Below, piece by piece: positions 55,539-64,000 of a DNA stretch of 64,000 bases; position 1 is the stretch's first letter, and every line of letters starts with the position of its first letter. This stretch comes from Candidatus Pacearchaeota archaeon CG10_big_fil_rev_8_21_14_0_10_34_76 (lineage in GTDB: Archaea > Nanobdellota > Nanobdellia > Pacearchaeales > GW2011-AR1). The stretch is from assembly GCA_002763075.1 (NCBI GenBank), contig PFDB01000002.1:62286-126285 (forward strand), in the 5' to 3' direction. The notes below the pieces were generated by a model, which saw only the letters and a list, made by a program, of their open reading frames with translations, did no database searches and was not told the origin of the DNA. Both the position numbers and the translations under genes were made by a program.

Positions 55539-56702
55539 TTAATTTAATGAGAGAGTCAGGTATCCTGACCAAGTATCTGCGTCTGTGTCATTCATCTCTT
55601 TTGAATGTACATAAAAATAATCTGTCTTGTTGATCTTTACAAATGAGGGATAGCCACAACAGTTTCTTGGATGATAATCTAAAATGGTTGGAGTGCTCCA
55701 TGCAAAAGAGTCATAGAATATTCTTTGAGCATCTCCATGAGAGAATTTGAGAGTTGAAGATTCTTGCCTGTCTCCGTATAGTGTGATAAATTTATTTGTT
55801 TCTTTGTCAAAATCTATCCAAGGTATTTTTGTGCCTGTTTCAAGTCCGAGATTTGTCTCCCTTGGCTTAGCCCAGGTCAACCCTCCATTGATGCTTGTTG
55901 TTTGTAAAACGTATCCTTTATTTTGATCATCATCTCTCAAAAGAGCTATTAGGTTGGTGTCTCCTATTTTAGTGACTGTTGGCTCTACAAATCCTTTCAT
56001 CCCTTTATAGATGATTGGGCCTTCTTTCCATTCTAGACCATTTGAAGAAACAAACATCCTTACAAAATGTTCTTTTCCGTTCCAGCCATAATAAGGCAGA
56101 TAATAAATCTTTTTATAATTCTTGTTTATTTCTACAATACCTCCATATGGGGATGAAAAATCAACAGTTTCATTAGAGAGGATCTTTTTATACTCGCTCC
56201 AAGATTGGCCGTTATCTTCAGAAAAGATATATCCCATGTCTTGAAATGTCGCGTCCCATGAAGACTCTAACCTAGTAAAAAATAAAAATGTCTTGTCTCC
56301 TATTTGTCCACCCCCTACATTCCTAGAGTCATATTCATCATCATAAACAATAGAATAATTAGTCCATGATCTACTTGGAAGATCATACTGCCAGCGTACA
56401 ATTCGGCCTTCGCCATTATAGACATGCCCTTTTCCTTCTCTTACATAATAAGAGAGTGAATCATTAGTTTCTCTGATTAGTAATCCGAATGCGTCATAGC
56501 TATCTGTATCTATCAATGGAGAGCTTTCTGGAGGAATAATCATTGATTTCTTGTCATCGCTAATTGATTCAAATGGATTATCTGCAATATCTGAAGATGA
56601 TTTGTTGTTGAACGTGAAAAAAAATCCTGAATTGAAAAGAATTGATATCAATAAAATCAATGTTATTGCTGAGATTACTAAGTTTTTTTTTAACTTATTC
56701 AT
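55539..56702 (-). CDS. secreted or anchored BNR/Asp-box repeat protein (sialidase-like glycoside hydrolase fold)
   Basis: N-terminal signal/TM; Asp-boxes SEDNGQSW and SINGGLTW. Confidence 0.55.
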   Translation of the reverse strand: MNKLKKNLVISAITLILLISILFNSGFFFTFNNKSSSDIADNPFESISDDKKSMIIPPESSPLIDTDSYDAFGLLIRETNDSLSYYVREGKGHVYNGEGRIVRWQYDLPSRSWTNYSIVYDDEYDSRNVGGGQIGDKTFLFFTRLESSWDATFQDMGYIFSEDNGQSWSEYKKILSNETVDFSSPYGGIVEINKNYKKIYYLPYYGWNGKEHFVRMFVSSNGLEWKEGPIIYKGMKGFVEPTVTKIGDTNLIALLRDDDQNKGYVLQTTSINGGLTWAKPRETNLGLETGTKIPWIDFDKETNKFITLYGDRQESSTLKFSHGDAQRIFYDSFAWSTPTILDYHPRNCCGYPSFVKINKTDYFYVHSKEMNDTDADTWSGYLTLSLN

Positions 56703-56704
56703 AG

Positions 56705-58378
56705 TTATTGTCTAATGATCTCGTATGCAAATGTGTCTTGGGATGCAGTTTTGAACTGGAATGCAATATCTCCGTAAGATATTCCTGGTTTAATGTCTTG
56801 GACATTGTTAACGAAGTCAATTGAACTGTTAGTAAGTGGAAGCTGCCAGCTTACCATCACTGGCTGGCCAGTTTGAGGGTGTCTTGCGTAATTAACTTTT
56901 GCCATCCATGGGGGATATGCTGGATCAAACATACTAATTATCAGGTATTTTATATCTGGATTGTCCTTGAGCATCTGGATGAACTCTTCGGGTGTTAACT
57001 CCGAAAGTGGCTTGTCAGCTCTCCAATCTGCTTCTATAGCTGTCCTTTCAGTATAATATGCTATTTGGGGTGTGGGGTATCCTAGGATAACATCGCTTTC
57101 AACAGATAATGAATTTACAGATAAGGAAACATCCTTGATTCCTTGGAAGGATGAGGCGCGATACTTAATTGATGAGTCTGCTTGCATCACTTGGGCATAT
57201 CCTCCATAACCTATTAACGCCAATATGAAAACAATGGCTAAGATCTTGCTATATTTTTTAATATGGTCTGAGATAAATAGTGTACTTCTTGAAATGCAAA
57301 CAATTGCTCCAAAGAGGAGGGGGAAATACCATCTTGCTTCTCCAAAGTCTCCTTGAGCTTGTTGATAAAATAAAAAATAAGAGAGAGTTACTAAGATAGT
57401 TATCAAGAAGAAAATGTCTGCCTTTAGATTTGGATTTTTGCTTTTCTTTATATATCCAAAAGATAAGACGATGCCTGCAATTATCAGAATGAGTCCTATC
57501 CAGAATAAATAAAGAAGGGGGCTTAGAACCGCATTAGAATTATTCATGAAAAATGCCTTGAAAACATTCAGAGGAAGGAGATTGAATGAAGATTCTGGAT
57601 TGCTATATTTTCCTGCTACTTGTGTTATAGGTGTTAAAAACACAAGAGATTCTATTACGAGAATCATGATGATCGCTAGGACAAGACCAATCCAATTATA
57701 TCTATCTTTTAGAAGATCATTCCATTTTCTTGTTGCAAGCATATAAACCAAGAAAAAGAATCCGAATACAAAATATCCTCTTCTTGTGCTATATGTCAGA
57801 ATTGTGAAAAATACTGTAAGAGGTATGGCCCACCTATAATTTATTTTTCCAAAAAGAGGTTTTTGTTTTTCATATCCTTGCCAGAAAACATAGATTGCTA
57901 TAAATCCAAGCAAGAGAGCCGGAATATCTACATGAAATCGCATTGAATTGAAGAGCACTTCCCAAATAATAGCCATGAGGAATGTATTTATCAATGCAAG
58001 CCTTTTATCTGTGTACATCGATCTAGAAATTATGTAGACTAATATCACCACTATGAAAGAGGGGATTATCCCGAGAAGGAATTTCATTATCTCCTCACTT
58101 AATCCTAGTTTGATAAGGATGGCTGCAAAAAAGGGATATATTGAATTATGCTGGGATGAAACTATCCAGGTTGTAGGAAGGCCTGCAAGATTCTTGGCAT
58201 AAGCCATATAATCTGCTTCATCCCACCAAAGTGGCTGGGAGTTTGTGATATCAAAATAGTAAAGACGAAGAACTAATGCAAGAAGGATAATCCCAATAAG
58301 AATGAGATTATTTCGATTTTTTAGCCATTTGACTAACCTCTCTTTTCTTTTTTCTGATATATCTGAAGATGAATTCAT
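56705..58378 (-). CDS. GT-C fold glycosyltransferase (ArnT/PMT_2-like, GT83/GT39-like)
   Basis: 557 aa, 11 or more TM segments; LWWDEADYMAYAKNL matches the ArnT/PMT loop motif. Confidence 0.55.
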   Translation of the reverse strand: MNSSSDISEKRKERLVKWLKNRNNLILIGIILLALVLRLYYFDITNSQPLWWDEADYMAYAKNLAGLPTTWIVSSQHNSIYPFFAAILIKLGLSEEIMKFLLGIIPSFIVVILVYIISRSMYTDKRLALINTFLMAIIWEVLFNSMRFHVDIPALLLGFIAIYVFWQGYEKQKPLFGKINYRWAIPLTVFFTILTYSTRRGYFVFGFFFLVYMLATRKWNDLLKDRYNWIGLVLAIIMILVIESLVFLTPITQVAGKYSNPESSFNLLPLNVFKAFFMNNSNAVLSPLLYLFWIGLILIIAGIVLSFGYIKKSKNPNLKADIFFLITILVTLSYFLFYQQAQGDFGEARWYFPLLFGAIVCISRSTLFISDHIKKYSKILAIVFILALIGYGGYAQVMQADSSIKYRASSFQGIKDVSLSVNSLSVESDVILGYPTPQIAYYTERTAIEADWRADKPLSELTPEEFIQMLKDNPDIKYLIISMFDPAYPPWMAKVNYARHPQTGQPVMVSWQLPLTNSSIDFVNNVQDIKPGISYGDIAFQFKTASQDTFAYEIIRQ

Positions 58379-58416
58379 TGTTTTTAATAGGTTTTTTGGG
58401 TTTTTATTTATGCCTA

Positions 58417-59394
58417 TTAAAGCTTGTTTATGACTTCATCTGCTGAAATACTATTTACTAGGCCCTCATCATATTGGTCCATCTTCTCTGGAAAAAAACT
58501 ATATAGCACAGGAGATATTATTTTATCTAGATAGCTATATCCTTCTACCTCATATGGAGAAGTGCAAAAGAATAATCCTATAGTCGGTTTCTTGAGGGCA
58601 ATAGAAACATGTAGGGAGAAACTATCTGAACATACCATCTTTTTACAGATGTTAACCAATGCTGCAAATTCCTTGTCTGTGTTATTTGGATTATTTTGAA
58701 AAATGGAAACATTTTCTTTTTTTAGTTCCGAGGTAAGTTTTTCATGCCTGTCTTTCTCATCAGGCCCTCCAAAAAGTAAGATGTCATAACCCCTTTGCTT
58801 AGCTTTGATTATAAACTCTTTAACCTTGTTCTCTGCCCAAGTTTTAGAAGGCCATCTTGAAGAAGCTCCAAGGTGTATTCCGATTAGGTTGTCTAAATTG
58901 ATATTGTTAGATTTTATGAACTCATTTGAGTATCCCAAATCTTTTTCTGACAGAAATATATCTGGCTCTTCCTTGTGATATGGTAGCTCTGCTGCTTCAA
59001 AAATCATCTCCTGATAAGTTTTTTTATTTTCTTTTTTAAGAGAATCGTCAAATAATGTGTTGAGATAATACTCTGCTCCGATATTTAAGGCTGCAGGATA
59101 TCCTCCTGATGAATAAAATCCATATTTTTTTGAGGATTGTATTTTTGAAACAATTGAGGTTGCTTCTTCATCCATATCAAAATTATACATTATGTCTGTT
59201 TGAAAGTTAGTTATTTCATGAGGTGAAATTAAATTATCTATATCTTTGTTTCCAATTAATATGGGTATAGAATTTTCTTTAGTTATCCAAGTTATGGTGG
59301 ATTCAGGATATTTATTTTTTATTGCTTTTAGCACTGGCAGAGTCCTCACTACATCTCCTTTCGCCCCCAGTTTGATTATTGTGATATTAACCAT
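58417..59394 (-). CDS. GT9-family glycosyltransferase (heptosyltransferase-like)
   Basis: IIKLGAKGDVVRTLPVLKAIKNKYPESTITWIT matches the GT9 N-terminal motif; 325 aa. Confidence 0.6.
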   Translation of the reverse strand: MVNITIIKLGAKGDVVRTLPVLKAIKNKYPESTITWITKENSIPILIGNKDIDNLISPHEITNFQTDIMYNFDMDEEATSIVSKIQSSKKYGFYSSGGYPAALNIGAEYYLNTLFDDSLKKENKKTYQEMIFEAAELPYHKEEPDIFLSEKDLGYSNEFIKSNNINLDNLIGIHLGASSRWPSKTWAENKVKEFIIKAKQRGYDILLFGGPDEKDRHEKLTSELKKENVSIFQNNPNNTDKEFAALVNICKKMVCSDSFSLHVSIALKKPTIGLFFCTSPYEVEGYSYLDKIISPVLYSFFPEKMDQYDEGLVNSISADEVINKL

Positions 59395-59444
59395 ATCTAA
59401 GCAAAAAAGAATGATTTTTTAAACTTATTTAATGCAATAATTAT

Positions 59445-59861
59445 ATGAAAATATATCTTGCAGGGAAACTTGGTACTGAGAGCGAAAAAGAAAGATTATT
59501 GAAGATTGATTTATTGTGTAAATCCATTGGATTGGATACATTCCTGCCCCATAGGGATGTTGGAATATGCAGGGGGATAGATGATGTTGAACGTGTATTT
59601 CATGGAGACATAATTGAGGGCTTTAACGAGTGCGATTTAGTTATTGCTTCGTTAGATGGGTTAAATGTCGGATCTGGAACAGCTTGGGAACTAGGATATG
59701 CGTATGCAAAGGGAATACCTTCAATTGGACTTAAGATTGATGAACCTGTTGAAGAAGCCATAGAATACCTAAGTGCGATAGTGATTGGGTCTATGCCGAT
59801 TGTTAGATCCTTAGAAGAACTGAAAAATAAAATAATTGAGATTCTCAATCTAAAGGTTTAG
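59445..59861 (+). CDS. nucleoside 2-deoxyribosyltransferase-like protein
   Basis: MKIYLAGK...GTAWELGYAYAKGIP signature. Confidence 0.5.
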   Translation: MKIYLAGKLGTESEKERLLKIDLLCKSIGLDTFLPHRDVGICRGIDDVERVFHGDIIEGFNECDLVIASLDGLNVGSGTAWELGYAYAKGIPSIGLKIDEPVEEAIEYLSAIVIGSMPIVRSLEELKNKIIEILNLKV

Positions 59862-60750
59862 TTGATGAGATTTCAGTCTCTCTCCAACCATCTCTATAAA
59901 CTGTTTTCATTTTTATTTCCTTAAATGCTTTAAAATAGAGATAAATTCTTGCAAAATAAGACTCTATAGTCCATATGACCTCGTTGAAACTTCTTGGATA
60001 AGTTAGTGCAAATAAAGCCCCCCATTTTATCTCATTGAATAATGATTTGGTTCTAGGCAGGTCTGGAGCTATTCTTTCTAAAGTTTCATGACCCTTTATG
60101 TTTCTAATTTTTTGGGAAAGCCAATCTTTCCAGTTATCTGGATTCTTAACATATACCTCTGCCTTTGGGATATATTTGATTTTATATCCCTTTTTCCAGA
60201 ATAAAAATGGAATTATGGAATCTTCTGAAGCCCCTAATGGAAAATCTAGAATAACTCCTTTTCTGATAGCAAATAAATATCCTGAACATTCGAAGAATTT
60301 TTCTTTATTTGATAGGTCTTTCCTTACTCTGTCTATGCCTGCAAAAAAAAGATGAGACCAGTATCCGTATTTTAATTTTCTTGAATCTATTGATACTGGC
60401 TTCCCAGTTACGCAGCCCACTTTTTTGTCATTGAATGCATTAAGTGTTTCTTTAATTGTGTTAGATGAAACGTAAACATCTCCATCGCTTAGAATGAAAA
60501 GATCATTTTGATCATTTGAAGCATATTCCTGAAAAAGAAGGTTTAATGCATAACTCTTTCCTTCTCCAGGGTCAAGAAAAAAGTTGAATCTTTTGTCTTT
60601 TATATTTTTTTTTAAAAATTTTTCCACATCTGGAAAGGGGTCTACTACTGTAACTCTAAAACTTTCATTAGATTTCTGGGAAAGAAAAGAATTTGCTGCC
60701 CTCAGTGTGGCTTTTGGCTCATTGTAAGAGGTTATTATGACATCTATCAT
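59845..60750 (-). CDS. GT2-like glycosyltransferase
   Basis: IDVIITSYNEP...SDGDVYV (DxD). Confidence 0.5.
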   Translation of the reverse strand: MIDVIITSYNEPKATLRAANSFLSQKSNESFRVTVVDPFPDVEKFLKKNIKDKRFNFFLDPGEGKSYALNLLFQEYASNDQNDLFILSDGDVYVSSNTIKETLNAFNDKKVGCVTGKPVSIDSRKLKYGYWSHLFFAGIDRVRKDLSNKEKFFECSGYLFAIRKGVILDFPLGASEDSIIPFLFWKKGYKIKYIPKAEVYVKNPDNWKDWLSQKIRNIKGHETLERIAPDLPRTKSLFNEIKWGALFALTYPRSFNEVIWTIESYFARIYLYFKAFKEIKMKTVYRDGWRETEISSTKPLD

Positions 60751-60753
60751 TTT

Positions 60754-60951
60754 TTAAGTGCAGTTAAATGGGTAATCTGCGGGTCTAACTAATATTATTT
60801 TCTCCCCTGAAGATTTTTTTGTCTCAATCCTACATTTTTGAGTGCCTTGTTTGCCTATTTCAGAAAGTTCTATAGACTCTACAACTAATTCTTCTCCACC
60901 TATAAGTATTTTATCTCCTTTTTGAAGGTCTTTTGCTAGTTTTCCTTTCAT
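60754..60951 (-). CDS. small IF5A N-terminal-domain-like protein (65 aa)
   Basis: MKGKLAKDLQKGDKILIGGEELVVESIELSEIGKQGTQKCRIETKKSSGEKIIL aligns with aIF5A 5279-5668, residues ATQARSGVNILIDGEAYTVKSNDISKSGKHGASKCRIEAVSLTGGKKKVL. Confidence 0.35.
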   Translation of the reverse strand: MKGKLAKDLQKGDKILIGGEELVVESIELSEIGKQGTQKCRIETKKSSGEKIILVRPADYPFNCT

Positions 60952-61002
60952 ATTAAAGGAGGGTAAATACAAGCTTATAAAGTTTATTAGCAATAAATTT
61001 AG

Positions 61003-61695
61003 ATGAAATGGGGGATAATACTCTGTTCAGGTGGCTTGGATAGTGTTGTAACCGCACATTATATTAAAAAAACTAAAAAATACGATAAGATTATAGTGCT
61101 TTTTTTTGATTATGGTCAGAAGTCTGTTCAGGCCGAAAGGAAATTTTCTAAACATTGTGCCTTAGATCTCTCTGCTGATTTTTATGAGATTGGGCTAAAA
61201 GAATTAGGCAAAATCTCTACCTCACTAATAAACAAGCCAGGGGATGTGAAAAAAATTAACAAAGAGGATCTTAAGAATACTCAAAGTGAAAGCGAGAAAT
61301 GGTATGTTCCTGCAAGAAACTTGATTTTTATTACATATGCCATTGCACTTGCTGAAAAGATTTTAATTGAAAAGAGAATTCAGTGCGATATCTTTTTGGG
61401 ATTTAAATCTGAAGGGAAGGAAGGATACCCTGATACCAGCAAAGATTTTGTTAAGGCTGTTAACAAGATTGGAGAAGTTGGATTTTCAGGAAAATTTAAG
61501 GTATTTGCTCCAATGATAAAAAAGGACAAGGAAGATATTGTTCTTCTTGGAAAGAAACTTGATGTTGATTTTAAAAAAACATTCAGTTGCTATATCGGGA
61601 GTAAGGAACATTGCGGAACTTGTTTAGCTTGCAGACTTAGGAAAGAAGGATTTTATTGGGCAAATATTGTAGATACTACAAAATATCTAGAATAG
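61003..61695 (+). CDS. queC: 7-cyano-7-deazaguanine synthase QueC-like PP-loop ATPase
   Basis: ILCSGGLDS PP-loop; C-terminal C-x9-C-x2-C-x2-C zinc motif (CYIGSKEHCGTCLAC). Confidence 0.6.
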   Translation: MKWGIILCSGGLDSVVTAHYIKKTKKYDKIIVLFFDYGQKSVQAERKFSKHCALDLSADFYEIGLKELGKISTSLINKPGDVKKINKEDLKNTQSESEKWYVPARNLIFITYAIALAEKILIEKRIQCDIFLGFKSEGKEGYPDTSKDFVKAVNKIGEVGFSGKFKVFAPMIKKDKEDIVLLGKKLDVDFKKTFSCYIGSKEHCGTCLACRLRKEGFYWANIVDTTKYLE

Positions 61696-62817
61696 ACTCT
61701 CAAGTTTGTCTATTAGTTCGCCCCACTTATATTTTTCGGCAGTCTTTATAGCCTCTTTTTGAATTTTCTGAAGTTTTGATTTTGGAAGAGATATAATATT
61801 TGTTAGTTTGATTATCAAATCTTCTTTATCCCTATTCTTGAAAAGAAATCCATTTTTTCCGTCTGAAATTATATCTGAATTTCCCTTGTTATTACTAGCT
61901 ATGACTATTTTTCCCCTTGCCATTGCTTCAATAAGGGATTGGGGCATTCCCTCACTTAAAGATGGAAGAATAAAGAATGTGGAATTATCTAGCTCTTTTA
62001 TTTGTTCACTATGACTATATGTCCTATTCTTTAATATTACGTTATTAGCTATACCACTTAGTTCAATAATCTTTTTTAATTTTGCAAGATAAAGAGAATC
62101 TGCCGGTCCAAATATTGTAAACTTAAATGGAGTATCTAATTCAGAAAGAGACCTCAATGCAATCTCTAAGTTTTTTATTGGAGAGACTCTTCCTGTGTAG
62201 ATAATATGATTATTAAATTTCTTAGATTGTTTTGAAAAAAAAGAATCCTCTATTCCGTTAGGAATGTAAAAGATATTTTCTTTATCCACTCCTAGTTTTT
62301 TAAGGTATGGCATTTCCCAATTTGAAATAATTATAACCTTATCGAATTTTTTTAAAGACGGCTTTCCGATTAGTCTATCATAGATTTTTACAATGAAGTT
62401 CTCTCCTACATTTCTTGAGCTTGCGCGATCAAAAGGAGCATGAGTAACCAAAAAGCATTTTGCATTCAATCTTTTGGCTATTTTCAATGCACGAGTGGTA
62501 TGTAAATGCCTGTATGCGTGGGCGATTATCACATCTGGAGAGAATTTAATCGCTTCCTTCTCAAACTGCCACGACATAAAACTTTCTCCTCCGAGATTTT
62601 TTGCTGGAAATCTTTTTATTTTTACCCCTGAAATTTTATCCTCTAGGGGGCAGGTTTCATTTTTTCCCTTTATGAAGTTTGAAGAGAAGACCTGAACATT
62701 GTGCCCTCTTTTTGAAAGAATCTCTGACTCTCTAAGAACGCGTTTTCCAACTCCGCAACCTCCTGCAGTGAAGTTTGTTAATTCTAGTATCTTTAGGTTT
62801 TTTTTTGACTTCGCCAT
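61687..62817 (-). CDS. GT4-family glycosyltransferase
   Basis: 376 aa; EGMPQSLIEAMARGKIVIAS (E-x7-E). Confidence 0.7.
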   Translation of the reverse strand: MAKSKKNLKILELTNFTAGGCGVGKRVLRESEILSKRGHNVQVFSSNFIKGKNETCPLEDKISGVKIKRFPAKNLGGESFMSWQFEKEAIKFSPDVIIAHAYRHLHTTRALKIAKRLNAKCFLVTHAPFDRASSRNVGENFIVKIYDRLIGKPSLKKFDKVIIISNWEMPYLKKLGVDKENIFYIPNGIEDSFFSKQSKKFNNHIIYTGRVSPIKNLEIALRSLSELDTPFKFTIFGPADSLYLAKLKKIIELSGIANNVILKNRTYSHSEQIKELDNSTFFILPSLSEGMPQSLIEAMARGKIVIASNNKGNSDIISDGKNGFLFKNRDKEDLIIKLTNIISLPKSKLQKIQKEAIKTAEKYKWGELIDKLESLF

Positions 62818-62846
62818 AGGAAGATGAAGTGAGGATGTATTAAAAA

Positions 62847-63740
62847 TTATCTGTAATTAATACCAAATAGATTATTTTTCAAAACTCCGATTAATATTCC
62901 TAGAACCCTTGTAAATGAAAATATTGCAAGATATCCAACGTCAATGGGATTTTTTGGAGAAAATCTTTTTTTTACTATTTTTTTTAAAAATAGATAAAAT
63001 GAAGCAGGAATGATTCCCAATATTCCTCCAACTAAAATTGGAATGAAAAGATGCTTTTTACTCAAAATAGGGTGGTGGACAAATAATGATGCTCCAATCC
63101 ATTTACTTTGGTGAAATACTTCCTTCAAGCTCTCAGGATTTTTGTGATAACAAATGGCCTTATCTGCTATATCTGGCTTTGCTCCAAATTTTATAAGAAA
63201 TGTTTGATCATCTGCATAGCCGTATTTTGGGTCAAATCCGCCCATTTTAAGAAATTCTTCTTTTATTATGGAACGGAATACAATGCCTTTCTTGTCCTTT
63301 CCAAACCTATCTTCTTTCACATATTGCCCCCAGCATCTGCTCCATATATTGTGCAAATTAGAAGATTTTTGGAATCTTTCTTCTGTGCCTATGCACTCTC
63401 CTTTTCTTACCGGAAGCGTGAGAAACTTTATATAATCCTTATCAAAAGTCATATCTGCATCTACAAAGACAAGGATATCTCCTTTTGCCTTGCTTGCTCC
63501 AAGATTTCTTGAAATTCCAGGACCCTTATGTAAACCATTAATTAATTTCACCGAACTAAATCTTTTCACAATATCTTTTGTTTTGTCCTTGGAACCGTCA
63601 TCCACAATTATAATTTCAATATTTTCATAAGTCTGATTGAGAAGTGTCTTTATACAATCCCCTATAACTTTTTCCTCATTGTACGCTGGAATAACTATGG
63701 AAATAAGGGGATTTGATTTTTGTTTTTTTATGGTCTTCAT
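62847..63740 (-). CDS. GT2-family glycosyltransferase with C-terminal TM segments
   Basis: ISIVIPAYNEEKVIGDCIKTLLNQTYENIEIIIVDDGSKD; DADM. Confidence 0.7.
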   Translation of the reverse strand: MKTIKKQKSNPLISIVIPAYNEEKVIGDCIKTLLNQTYENIEIIIVDDGSKDKTKDIVKRFSSVKLINGLHKGPGISRNLGASKAKGDILVFVDADMTFDKDYIKFLTLPVRKGECIGTEERFQKSSNLHNIWSRCWGQYVKEDRFGKDKKGIVFRSIIKEEFLKMGGFDPKYGYADDQTFLIKFGAKPDIADKAICYHKNPESLKEVFHQSKWIGASLFVHHPILSKKHLFIPILVGGILGIIPASFYLFLKKIVKKRFSPKNPIDVGYLAIFSFTRVLGILIGVLKNNLFGINYR

Positions 63741-64000
63741 TTTTGTAAGGACATTAAGTAATCTAAGTTCTTAATAAATCTCTTGTGAGAAAATGCACTG
63801 TCTACCTTACTTTCATTTAATTTTATAAAGTCCCAAGAGTGTGCATAAAAGACCGGTTCCTTGTAAAACCACCTTAGTTTGTATAGATAAATTCTAATTA
63901 GTGACTTAGGGAAGATTCTTACTGTTAAAGAAACAAATGGGATTATTAATGATGATGTCGGAATCTCAATTAGATTTTTTCTTATTTTATAAGGATTTAG

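Overview
This window is a low-GC archaeal chromosomal segment. GC content is judged by eye at roughly one third; it was not computed. The archaeal assignment rests on archaea/eukaryote-specific genes read from the ORF translations: r-proteins L37ae, L40e, L32e, L19e and S4e, plus aIF5A, Spt5, RpoP, SUI1 and an STT3/AglB oligosaccharyltransferase. The low GC, the Lys/Glu-rich r-protein extensions and the apparent gene losses suggest a reduced-genome (DPANN-like) lineage, but that is inference.

Layout:
1. Positions 66-4493, minus strand: the conserved cluster ftsZ-secE-spt5-rpl11-tRNA-Pro-rpl37ae-(unknown)-rpoP-pfdB-(SepF-like).
2. FKBP, aIF5A, L40e and a site-2 protease, followed by two unknowns.
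3. rpl1-rpl10-rpl12, displaced from rpl11.
4. NUDIX, then tRNA-Ser whose 3' end is duplicated, then a small accessory islet with two paralogous RHH/MazF-like toxin-antitoxin pairs.
5. The complete L3-to-SecY r-protein superoperon (15.8-28.4 kb).
6. A DUF106/YidC-like protein, prefoldin alpha and a SpoIIM-like protein.
7. A roughly 33 kb N-glycosylation / surface-glycan locus: AglB, an Alg7-like GPT, a flippase, a Dol-P GT2, Alg14/Alg13, many GT2/GT4/GT9/GT-C transferases, NDP-sugar epimerases, RmlA/RmlB, a DegT aminotransferase and a C-methyltransferase-cupin fusion.

The glycan locus is interrupted at 43.9-49.6 kb by a roughly 5.7 kb island. It is bounded by TATGTGCAA-type repeats and carries a DDE transposase, a sigma-70-region-4-like HTH protein, an N6-adenine DNA methyltransferase, a DUF262+HNH nuclease and a small partner. 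An IS200-like tnpA sits at 54.9 kb. The island's MTase/DUF262-HNH/small-protein module is the best candidate for an undescribed defense-type system. No CRISPR array or rRNA gene was seen.
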